From a bacterium (GTDB taxonomy: Bacteria > UBA8248), in the NCBI GenBank assembly GCA_965242545.1, contig OZ251456.1:21146-85145 (forward strand): 64,000 nucleotides of DNA, written 5' to 3'. Positions 1 to 8,148 of this stretch are shown piece by piece (positions within the stretch are counted from its first letter, which is position 1; the number at the start of each line of letters is the position of its first letter). Both the position numbers and the translations under genes were made by a program. The notes beneath the pieces are model-generated. The model saw nothing but the letters and a program-made list of their open reading frames with translations. It did not search any database and had not been told where the DNA came from.

Positions 1-1252
1 CGGCCAGCCACAGGGCGGCCATGATGGCCGGCTCGGGGCGCCGCAGTATCAGCGCGAGCAGATAGACGTTCGCCCCGATCCCCAGAAGCGGCAGCAGCGG
101 CACGAGGGGCACGCGAAAGGGCCTCGGCAGATCCGGGAATTTCCTGCGATGGCGGATGAGGGCGGCGTTCACCAGTATCAGCGCCAGCAGGAGAATGGCG
201 TCCGCGAAGTGCGCCAGCTTCTCCAGGTGAAAGCTCTGCGCGAAAAGGGCGACGCCTCCGCCCACCAGAAGAAGCGAGATGATGGGCGTGCGCGTGCGCG
301 GGTTGATGGCGGCGATGCCGGCGGGCAGGTGTCCCAGCTGCGCCATGGACAGCGCGACGCGGGAGCCCGCCAGAATGGACGCGTTGGACGCGGAGATCAT
401 CGAGAAAAGCGCGCCCACGACGATCACCATGCCGCCGATCGGTCCCAGGAATAGACGCGCCGCGTTGCCCATCGCCGCCTCCGTGTATTCCGTGAGGTTC
501 GCGGCGATGATCACGAAGACCACCAGGGTGTAGAGAATCGTCACGATCGCCATGGAGAGGAAGATGGCGCGGGGAATCGTCCTGACGGGATTGATGACTT
601 CCCCGGCCGAGGCCGCAATCGCCGAGAAGCCGAAGAAGGTGATGAAGACCAGACCCGCCGTCGCGCCGATTCGGGGGAGGTCCGCGCTCATTCTCTCCGC
701 CAGCGCCCGCGCGTCCAAGCTCCCCAGCCCGCCCCAGACGAACCAGACCAGAAGGATGACCTTGCCGGCGGTGATGAGGATTTGAAAGCGCGCCGACTCC
801 TTCGTTCCCTTCACGTTGAGCAGGACGAGGCATATCAGCCCCAGCGTCCCCGACATCTGTTCATAGGGAGAATGCCAGACGAACTCGTTGAAATACGAGG
901 AGAGGCTGCTGATGTAGAAGGCGCACGAAGAGGCGTAGCCGAGCACCAGCGTCCACCCCACCAGATAGGCGAGCGGCGGCGGAAACGTTCTCCGCGCGTA
1001 GAGATACCCCTCGCCGGATTCCGGGTAGATGGAGGAGAATTCGCAATACGTCAGCGCGGTGAAGGCGGCGACGAGGGCGGCGAGAAGAAAGGCGGCGACG
1101 GCCGAGGAGCCCACGTCGCGGACGGCTAGGCCGGAGAGCGTGAAGATGCCCGCCGCTATCATCGTCCCGACGCCGATGGAGAGCGCGGAGACGAGGCCCA
1201 GGTCCCGACTGAGTTCGGTTTCGATGCGCAGGCCGCCGTTGGGCTTGTTCAT
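1..1252 (-). CDS. APC-family amino acid permease (N-terminal part; gene continues beyond window start)
   Basis: Hand translation of the minus strand from ATG at 1250-1252 gives MNKPNGGLRIETELSRDLGLVSALSIGVGTMIAAGIFTLSGL..., and the frame stays open to base 1. It is absent from the ORF track because no stop lies inside the window. The polytopic hydrophobic pattern and the GxGIF motif are typical of APC transporters. Confidence 0.65.
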   Translation of the reverse strand, partial: MNKPNGGLRIETELSRDLGLVSALSIGVGTMIAAGIFTLSGLAVRDVGSSAVAAFLLAALVAAFTALTYCEFSSIYPESGEGYLYARRTFPPPLAYLVGWTLVLGYASSCAFYISSLSSYFNEFVWHSPYEQMSGTLGLICLVLLNVKGTKESARFQILITAGKVILLVWFVWGGLGSLDARALAERMSADLPRIGATAGLVFITFFGFSAIAASAGEVINPVRTIPRAIFLSMAIVTILYTLVVFVIIAANLTEYTEAAMGNAARLFLGPIGGMVIVVGALFSMISASNASILAGSRVALSMAQLGHLPAGIAAINPRTRTPIISLLLVGGGVALFAQSFHLEKLAHFADAILLLALILVNAALIRHRRKFPDLPRPFRVPLVPLLPLLGIGANVYLLALILRRPEPAIMAALWLA

Positions 1253-2112
1253 CGCAGCTCCGCCAGAAATTTCCGGAGCTCCCGCCGCACGACGGAGGGC
1301 TGGGAAACGGTCGGGAAATGACCGGCTCTCGCGCACAGCGCCGCGCGCGATTTTCCGGGCAGCGCGTCCAGCAGCGATTTTTCCGCCTCGGCGGAAAAGC
1401 GCCTGCTCTTTCCCCCGCGAAGCACGAGCGCGGGACATTCCGTCCGCTTCGCCCAGAAAACGGGATCGTAGTCGCTCGCCGAAGACGCCTGGAATTCCCG
1501 CAGCCGAAGAAGCCTGTCCTTTTCATAGGGCGCCCTGAGAGCGCCGTCCGCGTCGCCGCGCGTCAGAACGTCCGAGAGGAACCGTTCCGTCTCCGCGAGC
1601 GGCCAATGCCCCTCCTCGGCGGACGTGATGAATTTCCGCGCCTCGGCCAGGCTCCCGAATTCCGTCGGCCGCTCCCGCGCCGCCTCCAGGATCGCGCGGG
1701 CGTCCGCGCCGTCGGGCGTCGTCGGGTCCATCAGCACGGTCCCGACGACGCGATCCGGCCGGCCGGCGGCGGCGGCCAGGGCGACGGCGCCGGCGAAGGA
1801 GTGGCCCATCACCACGAAGCGATCCAGCAGGAGGGCGTCGGCGAGGCCGATGACGTCCCTGGCGAAGTCCGCGGCGGCGTCGCCCCCGCCCGGATCCTCC
1901 GTCCTTCCGTAGCCCCTCTGATCCGGGCATATCATGCGCAGCGTCCCCGCCCCTTCGGCCGTCGCGCTCCACATGCCGCCGCAGCCCAGCGAGCCGTGCA
2001 GCGCGATGACGGGCGCGAGCGAATTTCGCCGCGCCGGTCGCCATTCCCGGAACGACATCCGGAAGTTCGACACCGTCTCGAAACCGGCATACCAGCCGCC
2101 CTTGCCGCGCAT
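1249..2112 (-). CDS. alpha/beta hydrolase fold protein
   Basis: 287-aa ORF with a GHSFAG nucleophile-elbow motif. Its TGA stop overlaps the downstream permease ATG (ATGA). Confidence 0.65.
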   Translation of the reverse strand: MRGKGGWYAGFETVSNFRMSFREWRPARRNSLAPVIALHGSLGCGGMWSATAEGAGTLRMICPDQRGYGRTEDPGGGDAAADFARDVIGLADALLLDRFVVMGHSFAGAVALAAAAGRPDRVVGTVLMDPTTPDGADARAILEAARERPTEFGSLAEARKFITSAEEGHWPLAETERFLSDVLTRGDADGALRAPYEKDRLLRLREFQASSASDYDPVFWAKRTECPALVLRGGKSRRFSAEAEKSLLDALPGKSRAALCARAGHFPTVSQPSVVRRELRKFLAELR

Positions 2113-2691
2113 GTTTCCCTCATTTGAAGAAAGAAGCGGCGGGCGCGGGGAGTCCCACCCTGTCGGGAAGGCGCCCGCTCCCTCTCGCCGCGATGAAGAG
2201 GAGACGCCGTGAGGCGCGAATTCGCTCCCGCGAGCGGGAGAAAGCGCGATGACGCCCCTCGAAATATCTCTAGGAAGAGCCGCCTACGCGGGAGACGGCG
2301 ACGCGGCGGGCGCGAAAGCGGTTTTTCTCGCCGGCCGTCTACTCGAAGAATGGGCCCGCCTCCGGGTCCCGGTGGAGCGGATGGCGCGCGCCGCTTTCGT
2401 CCGGGGTCCGCGCGGCTCCGGGCGGAAGAAAGGAGTCCGGCCCCGGTAGGCGCTTCAGGCCGGGCTCCGCCGCGCGAATGAAGCCGCGGCCCCGGACTCC
2501 GCCGTCTCGAACGCCCGTCAGCTCCGCCGCCGGACGGGCGACGGGAGGGCCGGGGGCGCGGGCCGCGTCCATGTCGATCTCCTCTTCCGGGCTCGAAGCG
2601 TCCAGCCGCGATTCAACCACGAAAGGGGGCGCGTGTCGAGAGGCGTCCGCGCGGAAGCCCGCGCCGCCGAGAAACCGCGCCCCGGGGCTCG

Positions 2692-3471
2692 TCACCAGGG
2701 AATGTCCGGCTCGGCGAGCGCGCCGGGCGCCTCCGCCGTCTCCAGCAGGTCGAGCATGGCGCGAAGCGCGGCGCGCTGCTGGCCGGCGTTTCCCGGCCTC
2801 CCGAAGGGGTGGCCGAGCGGCCAGGGCAGGAAGACCGCCCTCGGGGGGCGCAGCTGAAGGGTGATCTCCTTCACCAGGGTCGCCGAGACGGTGGGCATCC
2901 CCGCCCTTTCCACCGCGTTCTGAATCAGCCCGACCGAGCGATGGCACAGCCCTCAGGCGGGGGCGAGCAGCGCGGCGTCCGCGCCCGCCTCCCGGAGGCG
3001 CCGCGCCGCCTCGGGCGCCGTCTCCTCGATGAGCCGGGGCAGAAGCGCGCCGTCGACGTGGCCCATGAAGCTCAGGTGCGCGTCGGCGACCCCGCCCGTC
3101 CTCCCCTCCGCCGCCAGCTCCCCGAGCCGCTCGTGGGGAAAGACGACGTTCAGGTCCGCGTCCGCGCCCCGGTGGTCGTAGTAGTCGTGGGTGATCGTCA
3201 GCTCCCCGCGCCCGGCGTCCGCCGGTATCTCCCGAAACGTCGGGTCGCCGTCGGGGTTCTCCATGTCGAAGGGGGTCTGCGTTTTGAGATGCACCCCCCC
3301 CGTCGTCACCAGCCCGAGCCGGCGCCCGGCGAGCGGCCGCGTCAGCGGCGTCCAGGGCGTCTCGCCGGCGAGGTCGGAGAAATCCCGCGTCCCCGCCCAT
3401 TTCCTCACCAGCCCCGGCCGGCGCGTCAGGAGGCGCGCCACCATCCTGTCCTTCCACCTTCTGAGACCCAA
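2692..3471 (-). CDS. PrdB/GrdB-family selenoprotein B-like reductase with an in-frame TGA (Sec) codon at 2953-2955
   Basis: ORFs 2953..3471 and 2692..2913 are in the same frame, separated only by one TGA. Across the junction the protein reads ...ALLAPA-U-GLCHRLVGLIQNAVERAGMPTV.... The motifs LVTTGGVHLKTQTPFD and U-G-x-C-H-R match my recollection of D-proline reductase PrdB (AGVHLKTD ... AGUGTCHR). Total length ~259 aa (248 ORF-listed residues plus the 11-codon junction with the TGA), versus my recalled ~240 aa for PrdB. Confidence 0.55.
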
Positions 3472-3588
3472 AGCCCCGCCTCCCCTGAAAGCCGCGCGCG
3501 CCGATGATAGCCGGGACCGGAGCCGGCGGGCAATCCGGGCCGCGTTCCGCGGGTCGCCATCGGCGCGATCCGGCCCGAAGCCGGCGGC

Positions 3589-3617
3589 TTGACGCGCGCG
3601 CGCTCCCTCAATATATT
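3589..3617 (+). promoter_or_regulatory. sigma70-like promoter TTGACG-N17-TATATT upstream of the DedA gene
   Basis: -35 TTGACG at 3589-3594, a 17-nt spacer, and -10 TATATT at 3612-3617, about 50 nt upstream of ATG 3666. Confidence 0.35.
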
Positions 3618-3665
3618 TCCCCCCGCGCCCCGGCTCCTCCCGGACATGAAGGCGACCGACCCGAA

Positions 3666-4388
3666 ATGAGCGACCCCGAACCCCGGCGAAAATTCTCGCC
3701 CCGGAGATTCCTCCTCCCGGCGGCGCTCCTCGCCGTCCTCGCGCTGTTCTTCTGGTCGGGGCTCGACCGCTACCTCACCCTCGAGGCGCTGCGGGAGAAC
3801 CGCGCCGCGCTCCAGGGGTGGGTGCGCGCGAACGGGGTGCTGGCCGTCCTCGCCTACGTGTTCGCCTACGCCGCCGTCACGGCCTTCTCGCTCCCCGGGG
3901 GCGCGGTGATGAGCGTCGCGGGCGGGTTCCTGTTCGGAACCCTCTGGGGGGCGCTCTACATAGTCGTGGGCGCGACGAGCGGCGCGCTGCTCCTCTTCAT
4001 GGCGGCGAAGACCGCCCTGGGCGACCCCCTGCGCGCGAGGGCGGGCCCCTGGTTGCTGAAGATGGAGCGGGGCTTTCAGAAGAACGCCCTGAGCTACCTG
4101 CTCGTTCTGAGGCTCGTGCCCCTGTTTCCCTTCTTCGTGGTGAACCTGGCGCCCGCCTTCCTGGGGGTGTCCCCCGGCGTCTATCTCCTCGGCACGTTCT
4201 TCGGCATCATCCCCGGCTCCCTCGTCTTCGCCTCGGTGGGGGCGGGGCTGGGCGCCATCTTCGAGGCGGGGGGCGAGTTCTCCGTCGGGAGCGTCCTGAC
4301 GCCCCAGGTCCTCCTCGCGCTCGGGGGGCTGGCCGTCCTCTCCCTCGTTCCGGTCGCCTACAAGAAGTTCAAGCCGAAGGACGACTGA
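3666..4388 (+). CDS. DedA / TVP38-TMEM64 family membrane protein
   Basis: Hydrophobic polytopic protein with the conserved ...GFLFGTLWG...LRLVPLFPF... signature. ATG at 3666 (MSDPEPRRKF) is the likely start, inside the longer ORF 3504..4388. Confidence 0.7.
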   Translation: MSDPEPRRKFSPRRFLLPAALLAVLALFFWSGLDRYLTLEALRENRAALQGWVRANGVLAVLAYVFAYAAVTAFSLPGGAVMSVAGGFLFGTLWGALYIVVGATSGALLLFMAAKTALGDPLRARAGPWLLKMERGFQKNALSYLLVLRLVPLFPFFVVNLAPAFLGVSPGVYLLGTFFGIIPGSLVFASVGAGLGAIFEAGGEFSVGSVLTPQVLLALGGLAVLSLVPVAYKKFKPKDD

Positions 4389-4399
4389 CGGACGGGGGA

Positions 4400-4570
4400 C
4401 GACGCGATCCCCCGCGCCGAAAGGATGCCCCGCCCGCAGGGACAACCCTCCGTGGTTGTCCCGTTTTCATCGCGCCCGCCGGACGCGAAACGGGACGCAT
4501 ATATGCGTGGGACGCGCCCCTCGGCGCGTCACCTACGCAAAACCGCCGCCCGGTCAGCAGGGGTATTCCG
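4400..4570. repeat. palindromic intergenic repeat cluster (modules GGGACAACC-N-GGTTGTCCC and GGGACGCATATATGCGTGGGAC)
   Basis: First locus of a repeat family that recurs at 7.9-8.15, 10.0-10.18, 22.15-22.62, 23.14-23.76, 24.04-24.15 and 30.76-30.98 kb. Confidence 0.7.
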
Positions 4571-4612
4571 CGAAAAAAACGCAATCTCCCCCCTCACCGG
4601 CCGGAACTGATC

Positions 4613-5686
4613 TCACAGGAGGGGCTCGACCTCCCGGACGAGGCGCTCGGCGACGGCGCGCCAGTCGAAAGAGGCCGCGCGCGCGACCCCGGCGCGTCCG
4701 AGCCTGTCGCGCAAGCCCTGGTTCTTCAGCAGGCCGACGAGCGCGCCGGCCAGGGCGCGCTCCCCTCCCCCGCGGTCGGGGGCGGCTTCCTCCGGCGGCA
4801 GCAGAACGCCCGCCTCGCCCACGACCTCGGGCGCCGCCGCGACCCGCAGTCCCACGACGGGAAGGCCCGCCGCCATGGCCTCCAGGAAGGCGATGCCGAA
4901 GCCCTCCTGAAGCGAGGGGAGGCAGAACACGTCCGCTGTCGCGTATTCGCGCCGCACGGTCTCGTCGTCGGGAACCTCGCCCAGGAGCGTCACGGCGTCT
5001 CCCAGCCCCAGACGCTTCACCTGCCTTTGAAGAGAATTCAGGCTCGGGCCCCCGCCCACGACGCGCAGCTTCGCCTCCGGCGCGGCGGCGAGCACCCGCG
5101 GCATGGCGCGAATCAGGCTCCGCGTGTTCTTTCTGGGGTATTGCCTCGCCACCGAGAGGATGGTCTGGCCCGGCGGCCCCTTCATCCTCCGTGCGCGCTC
5201 CCAATGGCGCGGATGAATCCCGTTCGGAACCACGCCGACCTTCTCCGCCGGAAGGTCATACGCCTCGCAGGCCGCGCGGCGGCTGTATTCGCTGGTGACG
5301 AGGACCCTCCCCGCGCGGCGCGCGTTGTCGCGCTCGAGGTGGGAGAGGGCGCGCAGATACTGGCGCGGCGCGCCCCGCTCGAAGCGCATCTCGTCCGCCG
5401 CGACCCCGTGCAGATACGCGACGAAGGGCGCCGCGGCGCGCAGGCTGAAGCCGTCGATGTCGAAGCCGATGACGAGGTCGAAATCATCGCACGAGAGCCG
5501 ATTCCCGAGCTCCAGATTATACAGAAGCCTTTGGAGCAGAAGGCTCGCCGCGCGCTCCTGCGGGCCGACGATCTCCACCTGATGGCCGTTCGCCTCCAGC
5601 CCGCCAGCGAGACCGGTGATGGCCGCCGCCGTGCCCGAGCCCCGCGCGGCGTCGAGCATCCAGGAGTTCAGGAAAGCGACCCGCAA
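4613..5686 (-). CDS. GT4-family glycosyltransferase
   Basis: 357 aa. The C-terminal ...FCLPSLQEGFGIAFLEAMAAGLPVV... motif is the GT4/GT-B EX7E signature. Confidence 0.8.
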   Translation of the reverse strand: MRVAFLNSWMLDAARGSGTAAAITGLAGGLEANGHQVEIVGPQERAASLLLQRLLYNLELGNRLSCDDFDLVIGFDIDGFSLRAAAPFVAYLHGVAADEMRFERGAPRQYLRALSHLERDNARRAGRVLVTSEYSRRAACEAYDLPAEKVGVVPNGIHPRHWERARRMKGPPGQTILSVARQYPRKNTRSLIRAMPRVLAAAPEAKLRVVGGGPSLNSLQRQVKRLGLGDAVTLLGEVPDDETVRREYATADVFCLPSLQEGFGIAFLEAMAAGLPVVGLRVAAAPEVVGEAGVLLPPEEAAPDRGGGERALAGALVGLLKNQGLRDRLGRAGVARAASFDWRAVAERLVREVEPLL

Positions 5687-5750
5687 CGCCTCTCCCCAAA
5701 AGGAAGGGGGGCGCGGCTCCCGCGCCCCGTCCCCGCCGCAAGAACGCGTC

Positions 5751-6083
5751 CTAAAGCGCCTGATCCGCCTTGGCCGCGAAGACGAAATCGCTCTCCGTCA
5801 GGCCGTCTATCTTGTGCGTCCAGACGGTGACCCGCACCTTGCCCCACGCGAGATGGATGTCGGGGTGATGCCCCTGCTCCTCGGCCATCTCGCCCACGCG
5901 GTTCGTGAAGTCGAGCGCCGCGCGGAAGTCGGGAAACCGGTATTCCTTCTCCAGATGATGCGCGTCCACCACGCGCCAGTCGCCGCCCAGCCGCTCCTGA
6001 AGGGCGGAGAGGGCGTCTCCCTCCAGCGGGGGGACGCCGCCCTTGCAGGGGACGCATTCCTTCGCCGCAAGCTCGCTGCTCAT
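5751..6083 (-). CDS. phhB: pterin-4a-carbinolamine dehydratase (PCD/DCoH)
   Basis: Start at internal ATG 6083 (MSSELAAKECVPCKGG...), with an AAGGAGA SD. ...EEQGHHPDIHLAWGKVRVTVWTHKIDGLTESDF is the canonical PCD motif. Confidence 0.75.
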   Translation of the reverse strand: MSSELAAKECVPCKGGVPPLEGDALSALQERLGGDWRVVDAHHLEKEYRFPDFRAALDFTNRVGEMAEEQGHHPDIHLAWGKVRVTVWTHKIDGLTESDFVFAAKADQAL

Positions 6084-6172
6084 GGCGTTCTCCTTCGCGG
6101 GTTCAGGGGAAAACCTCGTCGTCAAAAGGACGCTTCATCATCGCGCCTTTTCCGAAAAGCCGCAAGGCGGCC

Positions 6173-7306
6173 TCAGCCCTCCTTGAGGGCGGGCATCACC
6201 TCCCGGGCGAACCTCTCCATGCTGGCGGCGGCCTTCTCGACGTCCAGATTCCCGAAGTGAAAGTAGATGACCATGCCGCCGAAGCCCATCTTCTCCTTCT
6301 GCGCCATCAGTTCGTCGCGCACCGCGCGGGCGTCGCCCACGGCCGCCATGCCGTCGCGCATGAGCCGGGCGGGCGTCCTCTCCTCCTCGCCGAGCAGCCC
6401 CAGCGGCTTCGCGTCCCCGCGCCCCGGCGGCCGCCGGGGCGGGAGGCTGCCGGGGAACCGGCGCGCGAGCTCCGCCAGAATCTCGGGCTGTGCCCCGTAG
6501 AGGCTTCGCCAGTAATACGAGAGGGCGGGGCTCGCCTCCTCGACCGCCCGGGAGCGGGAATCCGCCACGTAGACCTGATGCTCCAGCCAGACGTGCTCCG
6601 CCTTCGCCTCCCAGCCGTGGGCGCGGCACCTCTCGCGGTAATAGGCGGCCTTTTTCAGGAGGTCGTCGAACGGCCGGTGGCTCAGCACGACGGGCGTCCG
6701 CGTCCTGGCGCCCCAGTCGAGCGAGGCTTCGGAATCGGCCGGGAAGAGAAGGGGCGGGTGAGGCCGCTGCCAGGGCCGCGTCCAGAGCTGGCAGCGCGGG
6801 TAGCGGAAATAGGCGCCCTCCCAGTCGAAAGGCTCGGTCTCGCGCCAGGCCTTGAGGATGAACTCCCACGCCTCTTGGAAGCGCCCCCGGCTCTCGGCCG
6901 GGTCCACGTTGTAGGCCAGATACTCCCGGTGCGCGCCGCGCAGGAAGCCCGCCACGACGCGCCCGCCGCTCAGCACGTCGAGTGCCGCGACCTCCTCCGC
7001 CACGCGCAGCGGCTGGGGGTAGAGGGGCAGGCAGTAGCCCAGGATGGCGATTCTCGCGCGCTTCGTCCGCGCGGCGATGTGGCCCGCGAAGACGCCCGGG
7101 GTGGGCATCGAGCCGAAGTGCGTCCCGTGATGCTCGTTCAGGCCGATGCCGTCGACGCCCGCCGCCTCGACGCGCTCCCAGAAGCGGAAGTGCGCCTCCC
7201 ACAGCGCGCGGGCCTTCCTCGCGTCGAACGCCGAGGCGTCGTGCGGATAGCGCGCCCCGCCCTCCAGATAGGGCCAGGGGATGGTGTCGAACGAGTAGAT
7301 TTGCAA
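6173..7306 (-). CDS. LLM-class flavin-dependent oxidoreductase (luciferase-like monooxygenase)
   Basis: 377 aa with typical LLM TIM-barrel motifs (GIGLNEHHGTHFG..., ...ILGYCLPLY...). Confidence 0.75.
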   Translation of the reverse strand: MQIYSFDTIPWPYLEGGARYPHDASAFDARKARALWEAHFRFWERVEAAGVDGIGLNEHHGTHFGSMPTPGVFAGHIAARTKRARIAILGYCLPLYPQPLRVAEEVAALDVLSGGRVVAGFLRGAHREYLAYNVDPAESRGRFQEAWEFILKAWRETEPFDWEGAYFRYPRCQLWTRPWQRPHPPLLFPADSEASLDWGARTRTPVVLSHRPFDDLLKKAAYYRERCRAHGWEAKAEHVWLEHQVYVADSRSRAVEEASPALSYYWRSLYGAQPEILAELARRFPGSLPPRRPPGRGDAKPLGLLGEEERTPARLMRDGMAAVGDARAVRDELMAQKEKMGFGGMVIYFHFGNLDVEKAAASMERFAREVMPALKEG

Positions 7307-7440
7307 GCGGCGCTCCCCGATGAAGCCCGAATCCGTAGCTCGGGGTTTTGTAGCATTCTTTCGCGCCGCCGCAAACGAAGGCGGGACTCGCGCGCCGGAG
7401 CCGCGAATCGGGACGGCTTCACTCCCGGAGGGGGCTGGCC

Positions 7441-8148
7441 GATCGGGGTGGGGAGGATGACCAGCGAGGTTCCGTAGGGGCGATCTCTCCTCGGGCTTGC
7501 CCCACGGTTCGCGAACCGCCCGTTTGGGTGGGAAGGCGATCTGGGAGAGGAGATGACCGCGATCGGAGCGGCGGGAGGAGCTGACCGATCGGGGCCGGGA
7601 GGATGGCCGCGATCGGGGCGGGGAGGCGATCCGGCCGATCGTGTCTTATTCAGAAGAAATTCCCCATCTTTCGGCGTTTTTCGTTTTGAATCAATCGGTT
7701 ATGCGTTCGCAAAAGCTGCGTGAATTCGCCTGAAAACGCCTTGAATTCGTTTTGAATTTGCTCGATGGTATTTGAATTGAAAGGTTTTCGGTTCGACGGA
7801 AAAAGACGCCCTCTTGATCGCCAATCGGGCGTGTTTCGGCTCGAATGGTACCTTTTTCGCTTCTTTTCGGGATACCGCAAATGCGGGCAAATGCGCGCGC
7901 CGCCGCGTCGCCGCCGACCCACAATCGGGGCGCATGTCCGCGCCCCCTACAATCGGACGCCACCCCACCGTGGGGCGGGCCCGGGAAGGAACCGCCCCTG
8001 CGAAACCCGTCGCGCCGCCGGGCGTCCCGCGAGGACAACCACAGGGGGTTGTCCCTACGGCAATCCGCATCGTCGGCCAATTCACGACGCGCCGCGTCGT
8101 CAACAACCCGCGATCGGGGCGCGTATATGGCGCCCTCGGCGTATTCCC
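7441..8148. repeat. left copy of a ~0.7-kb inverted repeat: 25-nt tandem GATCGGGGCGGGGAGG... units, an AT-rich ~250-bp core, and palindromic modules
   Basis: The reverse complement of 7650-7900 is ~90% identical to 30990-31245. The outer 7585-7650 matches the reverse complement of 31250-31320. The inner palindromic modules 7900-8148 match 30700-30980. Confidence 0.75.

Noticed and set aside
2339-2571. 78-aa ORF (MDAARAPGPP...) downstream of the selenoprotein gene
   Set aside because: Low-complexity Pro/Ala/Arg composition with no start context. It is the tail of a spurious long antisense frame.
3426-4445. 339-aa minus-strand ORF overlapping the DedA gene, and similar long antisense ORFs (2339..3457, 11517..13532, 13433..14698, 19607..20953, 20905..22266)
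   Set aside because: Arg/Pro/Gly-rich nonsense typical of GC-rich antisense frames. Each overlaps a convincingly annotated gene on the other strand.
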